From: a virus
Direction: 5' to 3' (one strand)
IMG/VR virus record: IMGVR_UViG_3300027759_003534
Span: 1 to 64,000 of that record
Length of the DNA stretch: 64,000 bases
The notes beneath the pieces were generated by a model that was not told the DNA's origin, did not search any database, and worked only from the letters and a program-made list of their open reading frames with translations. The position numbers and the translations under genes are program-made. Shown in pieces: positions 47,601-55,900 of the stretch; the stretch's first letter is position 1, and each line of letters opens with the position of its first letter.

Positions 47601-48596
47601 AGCCGTGTTTGCCTGGGTGGTCCATTTATAAGCTCTTACTCCGCTAGATATTACATTACCACCTGTGATGTTGCCCGTGGCACTGACTCTACCTGTGACA
47701 TCTAATCCACTGGTGTTGAACACTGCCACGTTGCTGGTTCCGTTAATACCTACAGTGACATTGCCGTTGGAGCTGACCACTGTGACATTACTGGTGCCAT
47801 TATTGATGTTGGATGAAGTGGTGCTTACACCTGTTAGCAAGGCGCCATTACCTAATACATAATTTCCAGTAATGTTGCCAACAGCACTGACCAAACCATT
47901 TGTAAGAACATTGCCGCCGGTGATATTGCCTGCTGTGATAGTGCCAGTAGAGCTGATAGTGTTGCTACCGTATGCAGCCAAGAATGTGGCCACGTTGGTA
48001 TTGCCATAACTTGCCGCTATGCCAGTTAGTTGACTTCCGTTTCCAAAGATATAGTTACCTGTAATGTTTCCAGTGGTGCTGATTACTCCACTTACAAACG
48101 CACCAGTGTTGCTGATAGTTAACACATTGGCCGTGCCGGCACTGCTTATTGTAACATTGGCATTTGAATTTACCACAACATTTGATGTGCCAGCTGATAT
48201 TGAGTTGGCCATGTAGTTTTGAGTAAACGTCAGGGCTGTGGTATTGATTATGATAGGATCGTCAGTGATCAGTTTCCACTGTGTGTCAGCGTAAATCACG
48301 CCCTCAGTAACCATAACGATCATGCCGGCTTCAATTTCACCGTTTTCGTTGCCGTCGCTGGTTCTAGCCCAAGTTCCGTTTGCTCCTGATCCTAAGGTGG
48401 TTACATAGTAAAGTCCGTTTTGGGTGCCTGTAGTTTGGCCTGTGACCAACACACGATCACCTAGACTTAGCGAAACTCCGTCAACCAAACTGGGTGCTCC
48501 GCCACTCAAGGTGATGTTAGTGGCAGTAACTACTCGCGTGGATTGTTTGTAATCTAAGTTGAATATCTGCGCGGCACGCGGTTTAGTTAAGCCCAT
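44661..48596 (-). CDS. Long fibre-like protein with C-terminal autochaperone-like (Peptidase G2/IMC-type) domain
   Basis: 1311 aa; GNITGGN and TAAS.VGGVITGS repeats; C-terminal YADLAEMY...PGTV..FGG...GIVSTNP..LMN...VALVGRVP...GKAL. Confidence 0.7.
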   Translation of the reverse strand: MGLTKPRAAQIFNLDYKQSTRVVTATNITLSGGAPSLVDGVSLSLGDRVLVTGQTTGTQNGLYYVTTLGSGANGTWARTSDGNENGEIEAGMIVMVTEGVIYADTQWKLITDDPIIINTTALTFTQNYMANSISAGTSNVVVNSNANVTISSAGTANVLTISNTGAFVSGVISTTGNITGNYIFGNGSQLTGIAASYGNTNVATFLAAYGSNTISSTGTITAGNITGGNVLTNGLVSAVGNITGNYVLGNGALLTGVSTTSSNINNGTSNVTVVSSNGNVTVGINGTSNVAVFNTSGLDVTGRVSATGNITGGNVISSGVRAYKWTTQANTAPSNAVPGDAWYDSYASKYYLYVNDGIGNQWVDQSPPTSFYNLSVTGNIQSGNVLTNGLVSATGNVTGNYIFGNGSQLTGLPATYGNSNVISYGEAGWAGNIVPSANITYSLGNTTNRWKDLWLSNSTIYLGNLTLSGNATQLTVNGLNVVTATATGVISTTGNITGNYIFGNGSQLTGIASSSYSNSNVTSLLSAFGSNTISTTGSITSGNVTGVNLLTGGIVSASGNITGTSHLGAVVSVTGAVTAASVVGGVITGTSTSVTGTTTAASVVGGVITGSSASVTGNVNGSNIVASTTLTNGNITITGANIVSTGPTLTIDPNGSGGTDGNVIITGNLSVTGNVTYINSNNVTTNDLTINMANNAATAAAANGGGIGVGPAGSEYISLTYNSTSNIWVATNGLSSQGILSATGNITGANLVTSGSVSATGNIIGNNLVVNGSGGSLSGTGNIVAGNLLTGGVVSATGNITGNYVLGNAAFMTGIPASYGNANVATLLAAFGSNTISTTGTITSGNITSGNILTGGVVSATGTITGGNIVTGGSGGALSGTGNIAAGNLLTSGIVSATGNITGAYILGNGASLTGVITSVANINNGTSNVTVVSSGGNVTIGVGGTSNVAVFATTGEYISGLLSVTGNITGGNISAINHTGTTVSVTGTQTAASTVGGVITGSSVSVTGTQTAASTVGGVITGSSVSVTGNVNATSFNGNVYSGNITTGNLLTSGSSGIISGTGNIYTGNILTNGYYYANGVAFSGGGGGSSITNGTSNVVVAASSNVTVGIAGTANILTISSTGTVTTGNISATGNITGGNIISANTLIVGNITNSSANGVGNIGSSTTYFDTVFAKATSAQYADLAEMYCADSIYTPGTVLDFGGNEEVTATTTSHSTRIAGIVSTNPSYLMNSTLACIDAVEVALVGRVPCCVVGTIAKGDRLVASSTPGVATRLDMTKYEPGCIIGKALEAYDSDTIGIIEVAVGRL

Positions 48597-48626
48597 TGTA
48601 GTCCCAATAATATCTAATATTTAGCC

Positions 48627-48656
48627 AAAAAAAACAGGACCAGTGTCCTGTTTTTT
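48627..48656. terminator. Intrinsic (likely bidirectional) terminator
   Basis: A8-CAGGAC-cagt-GTCCTG-T6 inverted repeat. Confidence 0.8.
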
Positions 48657-48719
48657 GTACAAGGTATCTGTTAAGTAATGCTGTGTTAATTCCGTTGCCT
48701 GTATAGAATAGCTGTGGTA

Positions 48720-49061
48720 TTATTGTTCTGTTGCTGTCCAAGAAGTTGTTGCTTCATCCCACTGATACAGCTTGCCATCTGTAGGCGCAGGTACGGGCGC
48801 TTCCCATGACCAAGTGGATTGATTTAGCGTCCAGCTTGCGTATGGTTGTGCGGCATAAAACACATCATGAGTTTGATCGTATGTGTACCCAACTCCTGCA
48901 TAATTTCCACGCAGGGGTCTACCCTCTGGATGTTGATTTCCATGGGTGTTGTATGATGTTTGAATCCAACCTGTGCCAAACAGGCCAGAGTCAATGACCG
49001 CTTGTTCAGCCACGATCACTTGTGTTACTGTGTTGTTTTCAATTTTGGCAAAATGACTCAT
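48720..49061 (-). CDS. Fibre-associated small protein (M.HFA family)
   Basis: MSHFAKI, WIQTSYNT, LRGNYAG.GY.YD...D.F; paralog of 51147-51551. Confidence 0.6.
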   Translation of the reverse strand: MSHFAKIENNTVTQVIVAEQAVIDSGLFGTGWIQTSYNTHGNQHPEGRPLRGNYAGVGYTYDQTHDVFYAAQPYASWTLNQSTWSWEAPVPAPTDGKLYQWDEATTSWTATEQ

Positions 49062-49069
49062 ATTGTTCC

Positions 49070-49960
49070 TTAAAAAGTTATTGATCCGGAAGCAGTAAAA
49101 GTATAGATAGTGTTGCCACCGGATGTTGTGACTGTTGGTGTGCCTGTTGTAGATGTTGCTGGCGCAGAGGAAGAAATTATAACTACACCAGACCCACCTG
49201 AAGCACCTACACCGTTGGCAGGATCACCTACTGCGCCGCCACCGCCGCCACCGCCGGTATTTGCTGTACCGGCAAAAGAAGACCGGTATGACCCTCCTGC
49301 TCCCTGAGCACCTCGACCACCACCGCCAGCACCGCCAGCGCCGCCGCCACCGTAATACGCAGCGCCTCCTCCGCCGCCAGCGTAAGTTACAGATGTTCCA
49401 GTAATAGACGAAGCCGTTCCAGTACCACCAGCGCCACCCGCATAGCTCCCCGCTGCATTTGATGGGCCACCAACAGCTCCTGCACCGCCGCCACCTCCAG
49501 AACCAGCATTGCTAGTTGATGCTGCAGTACCGCCAGCAAATCCTTGATCTGCTGTTCCAGCACCGCCAGCACCAGTCATGTTTGAGCCACCGCCACCAGA
49601 CCCACCGCTACCGCCCGGTAAATCATAGGCATTAGCACCACGCCCACCGCCGACCGCTGTAACAGTTGTTATATCTGATCCGCTTAATACAGAGTTAGCT
49701 CCGTTGGTTGCATCTGAGGAGTATGCTGTACTTGTGCCGCCTGTGCCGCCACCACCGACTGTAACCGTATATGTTGTTCCAGAGGTTAAACTAGTTGTGC
49801 CTGTTAATAATCCCCCGGCACCACCACCACCGCCAATATAACCACCGGCGCCGGCGCCGCCAGCAACTACTAGGTATTGAGCCGTGACCAGAGGTGGCGA
49901 TAATGTTCCGCCGGTCCATCCTGCTCCTAAAGTCCATCCAGGTCCGATTATTAAGCCCAT
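49070..49960 (-). CDS. Glycine-rich domain protein (YLVVAGGG family)
   Basis: YLVVAGGAG...GGGAGG, YTVTVGGGG, YAGGGGG, ANTGGGGGG, GGSGVVII; N-terminal IGPGWTLGAGW. Confidence 0.7.
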   Translation of the reverse strand: MGLIIGPGWTLGAGWTGGTLSPPLVTAQYLVVAGGAGAGGYIGGGGGAGGLLTGTTSLTSGTTYTVTVGGGGTGGTSTAYSSDATNGANSVLSGSDITTVTAVGGGRGANAYDLPGGSGGSGGGGSNMTGAGGAGTADQGFAGGTAASTSNAGSGGGGGAGAVGGPSNAAGSYAGGAGGTGTASSITGTSVTYAGGGGGAAYYGGGGAGGAGGGGRGAQGAGGSYRSSFAGTANTGGGGGGGAVGDPANGVGASGGSGVVIISSSAPATSTTGTPTVTTSGGNTIYTFTASGSITF

Positions 49961-49993
49961 GTGTATTAATTTATTAAGTTCTAATATTTAGCC

Positions 49994-50024
49994 AAAATAA
50001 TAGGACTTCCTAGAGTCCTATTTT
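49994..50024 (-). terminator. Intrinsic terminator
   Basis: AATAGGACT-tcctag-AGTCCTATT stem followed by a U-rich tract on the minus strand. Confidence 0.7.
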
Positions 50025-50041
50025 GCAGTAAAAATTATAGT

Positions 50042-50776
50042 TTAATATCCAAATCTTGTCCGATAAACACTCCACTGCGCCTGTATCTGTGTTAGGGTCA
50101 GCACACTGTCCCATACTTTGACCAAGCCTACATCAGCAATGGGTACTTCTGTGCTGGTAGTAGGGCTAGCATATCTACCAAACAATCTCAAACCTTCAAA
50201 TCCACCGTTGGTAGTATCAGTACCAAAAGCGGTTGTTGGAACTGTTGAATTAGCAACATAGTTTTGCGAAACCGGTGATCCTGAATTGCCGTTATACGTT
50301 GCCCATATAAATTGCCACGCATTGTCAGCTGGAGTAGTGCCGCCTACAAAGTTACCGTTATAGAAAACGTCTTGAACACCGCCGCTATTACCCCATAGGC
50401 CTGCTAGCCAATCTGGGGCAGCACTGTTGGCGTTTAACAATCTACCCAGTGCTCCGGGTTGCGATCTATAGACCATCATCACTGTATAAGAATCTGATGT
50501 TGCTGAGTAGTTTGGACCAAATGTTAAGAAGTCTGTGTCAGTGTCTGAGATCTTGCGGAATATTCCACCGTTGGTGGCAGACCATGTCATGCTACCACCA
50601 GGATTAAGTGTTGTTATAGTATAGCCGCCTGTGCCTACTATTGTGGTTCCATTCACAGGCATGGCTGAGTAGTTGGCCGCATCAAGACTAAGAACTAGGA
50701 CGGGCTCTGGTGGTCCACCAATTTCCCAACCTGCTCCTATGGACCATCCTGGTCCTATGTTTACTTTTACTGACAT
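50042..50776 (-). CDS. Concanavalin-A/LamG-like lectin-domain protein
   Basis: LVLSLDAANY N-module; W.FI..TY.G; ..GLVKVWD..LT..QI...W..Y..RFGY. Confidence 0.7.
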   Translation of the reverse strand: MSVKVNIGPGWSIGAGWEIGGPPEPVLVLSLDAANYSAMPVNGTTIVGTGGYTITTLNPGGSMTWSATNGGIFRKISDTDTDFLTFGPNYSATSDSYTVMMVYRSQPGALGRLLNANSAAPDWLAGLWGNSGGVQDVFYNGNFVGGTTPADNAWQFIWATYNGNSGSPVSQNYVANSTVPTTAFGTDTTNGGFEGLRLFGRYASPTTSTEVPIADVGLVKVWDSVLTLTQIQAQWSVYRTRFGY

Positions 50777-50794
50777 AGTTTATTCCTTAGTGTA

Positions 50795-51154
50795 TTAGTC
50801 CTTGGTTAATGGTACGGTGGCCATTAATTCCCATGCTTGCTCAATTGTAATATCTGGGCTTGCAATACCATCTAATTCATCTTTTTCTCGAATTGCATGA
50901 ATACAGCAAAATACAGTATTAGGCTCTAAAGCGGTAAATTGATGCTTAATTCCTTTAGGAGTAACAATCAAATGAGGAGCTTTATATTCAGCCTCGCCAT
51001 TGTCATGCACCATTTTTACTGAACCATTGGCTAATAAAGTAATGTGGTCAAAGGCATGAGAATGACCTTCATGCGTATCACCAATTCTTAAAAAATGATG
51101 TAATTTAACAAAAACATTATCTACAATTTTAAGGTCTGTTGTTGGATTAGACAC
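50795..51154 (-). CDS. Cupin-fold protein
   Basis: H.GHSH.FDH.T.LA.GSV, API.TPKG.KH.F.A.E....CC.HA. Confidence 0.75.
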   Translation of the reverse strand: MSNPTTDLKIVDNVFVKLHHFLRIGDTHEGHSHAFDHITLLANGSVKMVHDNGEAEYKAPHLIVTPKGIKHQFTALEPNTVFCCIHAIREKDELDGIASPDITIEQAWELMATVPLTKD

Positions 51155-51551
51155 GGGTCACCTCAATAACTGGCTGTGGTGGGTTGTAATCCCACAAACA
51201 AGCAAATTCATTAAATGTGACATATTGTTCATCTTCGGGTGGCACGATTGGTTTAGGATTAATAAACGCATTACGAGTTAAATCGTAACTGTACTCTTTG
51301 CCAGCATAGTTTTTTCTGAACGCTAGTGATTGATCTGGACTAACTTCATTAGTGCCAGGCACATAGTAAATACCAGCCCTAGTGTTGTAGCTTGTTTGTT
51401 TCCAAATGGTATCTGTGCCATATAAGTTTTGTAAAAACTCAACACCAAGTTGCTCTATACGCTGCCCTTGGTCGTTTTCCATAACAAAATTATCTAAAGC
51501 AAGAACTCTTAAAACAATATTGTTTGAGTCCAATTCTGCAAAATGAGCCAT
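51147..51551 (-). CDS. Fibre-associated small protein (M.HFA family)
   Basis: Start ATG 51551 (TAATG overlap); MAHFAELD, WKQTSYNT, FRKNYAG..YSYD...AFI.PKP. Confidence 0.6.
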   Translation of the reverse strand: MAHFAELDSNNIVLRVLALDNFVMENDQGQRIEQLGVEFLQNLYGTDTIWKQTSYNTRAGIYYVPGTNEVSPDQSLAFRKNYAGKEYSYDLTRNAFINPKPIVPPEDEQYVTFNEFACLWDYNPPQPVIEVTRV

Positions 51552-52492
51552 TATTGGAATCTCCATTTAATTACAACAATACCTGAACCGCCAGAACCAC
51601 CATTCTGACTAGCCGCACCGCCGCCACCACCGCCTGTATTGGCTGTCCCTGAATTTCCTGCGCTAGTAGTAAGTTCAGCATTTCCACCGCCACCTAAACC
51701 GCCTGTTCCAGCAGTTAAAGTTTTTGGTGTGCCATCAGAAGAAGCACTACCACCACCGCCACCAGCATAATAAGTAGAAGTTCCAGTTATTGAAGAAGTT
51801 GCGCCAATCCCACCATTTCCACCTACACCAATAAATGCTGTCGTTATGGTTGCAGATGCGTTACTGCCAACCGCACCTTTGCCACCACCACCACCTGATG
51901 CCCTAACTACTCCACCTTTTTCACTAGCAGAACCGCCAGTACCGCCATTATTTCCTTCTCCAGATGTTCCAGTTCCAAAGCCATCATTTTGACTATTTCC
52001 ACCAGCACCAGATCCACCGCTTCTACCAACATTACCGTTAAAACTGCCACCACCACCAGTTGTTGCAATTAAACTTCCAAAACTAGAAGCATCTCCATCG
52101 CCACCTGCGGCAGTACTTGTTGCACCTGGGCCACCAGCGCCTACAGTAATTGTGTAAGAAGTTGCAGTAACAGTTTGTCCAGTTCCTGATTTCATACCAC
52201 CAGCACCACCACCAGCACTAGGATTAATATTGCTTGGATAAGTTCCACTTTTTCCAGCACCACCGCCACCAGCTACAACTAGGTAATCAACGCTGTTAGC
52301 TTCGGTGGGTGCAGTACCTAATGAATTAACTGTAAAAGAGCCTGTGCCATTAAACACCGCAGTTTTATAATTACCGCTTGTGGTTACCGTTGCGCCTGTG
52401 GCCGTGGCATCAAGATAAGTTAATGGTGTTGATTCAACATCAAATCCCCACCCTGCACCTATGCTCCATCCTGATCCTATTAGTATTGCCAT
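51551..52492 (-). CDS. Glycine-rich domain protein (YLVVAGGG family)
   Basis: F.GTGSF.V, YLVVAGGGG, YTITVGAGG, YYAGGGGG, ANTGGGGGG, GGSGIVVI; N-terminal IGSGWSIGAGW. Confidence 0.7.
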   Translation of the reverse strand: MAILIGSGWSIGAGWGFDVESTPLTYLDATATGATVTTSGNYKTAVFNGTGSFTVNSLGTAPTEANSVDYLVVAGGGGAGKSGTYPSNINPSAGGGAGGMKSGTGQTVTATSYTITVGAGGPGATSTAAGGDGDASSFGSLIATTGGGGSFNGNVGRSGGSGAGGNSQNDGFGTGTSGEGNNGGTGGSASEKGGVVRASGGGGGKGAVGSNASATITTAFIGVGGNGGIGATSSITGTSTYYAGGGGGSASSDGTPKTLTAGTGGLGGGGNAELTTSAGNSGTANTGGGGGGAASQNGGSGGSGIVVIKWRFQ

Positions 52493-52534
52493 TAATTATT
52501 TCTTATTTTATAATATTGTTAATTACTAGTGTAT

Positions 52535-52909
52535 TTAACTAATACTCCAGCCTGGACCTATACTCCAGCCTGTACCAATTGATGCAGAACCAGGGGACGA
52601 GGCAATTATTATTGTGCTACTTGTGCCATACACTGTGCCGCCGATTGTTGATTGATGAAGAGCAATAGTGAATGTTTCACCACCTGCAGGCACACCTGTA
52701 GTACTGACTGAAAAACTACCTGTGCTGCTGGTAACTGTAAATGATCCTGATACCGCAGTAAAATCACCATTGACTGATGTACCGTTAGTAATGGTCCAGT
52801 ATATTACACCGCCATCGCTTGTCAAAGTTGTAGTGACGTTAAAAGTTGTTGACGAATTTTTTACGATGCTTGTGGGTTGTGATACAAACGTGTAAACTGG
52901 AACTGCCAT
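52535..52909 (-). CDS. Small Ig/Calx-beta-like beta-sandwich protein with C-terminal GW motif
   Basis: YWTI...T....DF....GSF.V, ETFTI.L; ends IGTGWSIGPGWSIS. Confidence 0.55.
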   Translation of the reverse strand: MAVPVYTFVSQPTSIVKNSSTTFNVTTTLTSDGGVIYWTITNGTSVNGDFTAVSGSFTVTSSTGSFSVSTTGVPAGGETFTIALHQSTIGGTVYGTSSTIIIASSPGSASIGTGWSIGPGWSIS

Positions 52910-52921
52910 ATGTTATTCCTT

Positions 52922-52949
52922 AAAAAAGATAGGGCCCGAAGACCCTATC
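52922..52949 (-). terminator. Intrinsic terminator with cUUCGg tetraloop
   Basis: Minus strand GATAGGGTC-TTCG-GGCCCTATC-TTTTTT right after the 1611-aa gene. Confidence 0.85.
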
Positions 52950-52968
52950 CTGTACAGTGTTACCTGTG

Positions 52969-55900
52969 TTAGAAACGTCCGACTACCACTTCTATAGTAC
53001 CTTCTGCACCGTCAAAGTCTTCCAGTGCCTTACCAATCACAGATCCAACTGTTGGAGTTGCTTCAGCTTTGGCACGACCTAACCCAGCGGCCACCATCAA
53101 GTCACCTTTGCGTACTGGACCAACAACCAAAGTTGGAACACGACCTGTTAATGCCACAGTAGCAACGTGATCGCCTTCTAGTCCAGCATTCATAGTGTAA
53201 CTTGGATTTGTACTTACTACACCAGCAACCTTGCGATCACCTTCTACAGCGTTGACTGTAACTTCTGCTGTGCCGCCAAACACTAACACTGTGCCAGGAG
53301 TATAAGCTGCGTCAGCTACATATTTCTCAGCCAAGTCAGCGTACTGAGCTGACGTGGCCTGGGCAAATACAGTGTTGAAGTAGTTGGTTGAACTGCCAAT
53401 GTTACCTGTGGCATTACCGGCTCCGTTTGTGATATTTCCAGTAATAGTAACTCCAGTTGTGGTAAACACAGCCACGTTACTTGTTCCACCAATACTAATA
53501 TTAGCATTACCGCTGGCTGTTTGGATGTCAAAGCTGGTACTACCGTTTTGGATACGATCACCCAAGATGTTACCACTCAATGTGGCATTGCCTGACACAC
53601 TCAAGTTGCCCACAATGTCTACCAAGCCTGGGCTGATGGTCATTACTGTTGTGCCGGCCACGTTGCCGCGGATGTTGCCACCACTGCTGACAATTGCCAT
53701 GTTTGACGTGCCACTAGTGATAGCTGTACTGTTGATATTTCCACCTAGAATACTTCCACTGACACTAAGATCGCCAGTGACGTTGACCTGTGCGGCTATA
53801 GCACTTGCTGCTACTACAGCATTACCAGATTGATTAGAAATACTTGTAACTGAAGTTGTTGTGGTAATTTGACGTACATCAATTAAGTCACCAACTGCTG
53901 GTGCTTCAGTAAATGTCAACACGCATGTTGGGTCGGTTCCAGCAACTGCATAAGCCAGGGTTGGAATCTGTACCACACCGTTGATACTGACAATACAACT
54001 GTTGGTTGTTTGTGTTGAGCTTAATGTAAAGGCTACATTTACACCATCGCCGTTGAACTGTTGATCGGCAATAACTGTAAACACTGGAACACCAACCGAG
54101 ACCCAGGCACTGTTGTCATATACTTCAACTGCGTTATTGGTTGTATTGAAACGTATCATACCTGTTACGCCAGTTGCTGGACGTTGTGCGGTATTACCAA
54201 CCGGAGCCAAGATTGAGTTAGTTGAATTAAATGCTACAATTGCATTGGTTGTTTGTGTTGCTGACCCAAAACTGGCTGTTTCTGTTCCAGCATCAACAAA
54301 AAATACTGTTGTTGTGTCGCCATTGACTGCAAAGTTTACATCTGCACTGGCACCGTTGACTGTGATAGCGGCAGCTGAACTGTTTATGTTGCCGCCGCTG
54401 ATGCTTAGATTGCTTCCACTAACATCACCAGTAACACTCACACTTGATCCTGTAATTACACCACCTACAGTACTTGCAGCTGTTTGTGTACCAGTGACAC
54501 TGGTACTTGATCCAGTAATAACACCACCTACAGTGCTTGCGGCTGTTACAGTGCCACTTGCACTGACTGAGGTACCGTATACATTGCCATTGAAATTTGT
54601 TGCATCAACGTTGCCGCCTACTGCAAGTAAATTTGATGTTTTGGTAAATGTAAATCCTGATACTGCATTAGTTACTCCGCCATCATTAAACAACACGTAG
54701 GTGTTTGCACCTGGTGCGGATACACTTCCTTGGATATTACCGATCAACCAAGCTGCCATCACATTGCCAGTAGCACTTACGTTGCCACTTGTTAAGATAT
54801 TTCCACCGGTGATGTTGCCTGTGCCTGAAATTGCTCCACCGGCGCCGCTTGTAAGCAGATTACCACCGGTTACATTACCTGTAGCACTGACTGTTGTACC
54901 GTACACATTACCGTTGAAACTGACAGCATCTACGTTACCAGTAACACTGACACTTGAACCAGTGATTACACCACCCACAGTACTTGCGGCAGTTTGTGCA
55001 CCTGTTACCGAACTAGAGCTACCAGTGATAACTCCACCCACAGTACTGGCAGCAGTTTGTGTACCAGTAACACTAGAACTTGAACCTGTAATTACACCAC
55101 CCACTGTGCTAGCCGCAGTTTGTGTGCCTGTTACTGATGAACTTGAACCTGTAATTACTCCGCCCACTGTGCTAGCCGCAGTTTGTGTGCCTGTTACTGA
55201 TGAACTTGAACCGGTAATTACACCACCCACTGTTGAGGCTGCGGTTACAGTGCCACTAGCACTGACTGTTGTTCCATATACATTACTATTGGTATTGCTA
55301 GCATCTACGTTTCCTGTAACGCTAACTGAACTGCCGGTGATTACGCCACCCACTGTTGACGCGGCTGTTTGTGTACCAGTAACACTGGTACTTGAACCAG
55401 TGATTACACCACCCACTGTACTTGCGGCAGTAACTGACCCAGTAACACTTAAACTTGTACCTGTTGCAGCACCAATGTTTGGTGTTGTAAGATTTGCACC
55501 GGCTTTGACACTGATATTGCCTAGACCGTCAAATGCTGTGGTGTTGTTATCAACCTTGGCTGAAAATACAGTGCCTGTTAAACTTAAACCAGCTGCGGTA
55601 TTAGCTGTGTAAACTTGGCTTTGACTAAAGATACCAAATCCAATGTTGCTGGTACCAAAGGTAATTGTACCTGTTGGTGCATTAACAATAAAGGCCGTAC
55701 CTGCGTTGACGTTACCACTTGTGGTAAAGAAGTAGTCGTTGTAGCTTAATTCTTCTGTGCTACTAGCACCGTATTGGTCAGTGTCTATGCTTCGTGTAAT
55801 TACTGTGGCATTGGAATACACATACACACCATTTTGTACAGCATTGGCCTGATCTTTGACCAGGATGCGTGTACCTACAGTTTGAACGTTGGCAGTATCA

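Noticed and set aside
48657-48719. Possible vestigial coding fragment (QLFYTGNGINTALLNRY on the minus strand)
   Set aside because: No start codon or convincing match to a neighbouring gene; too short to support.
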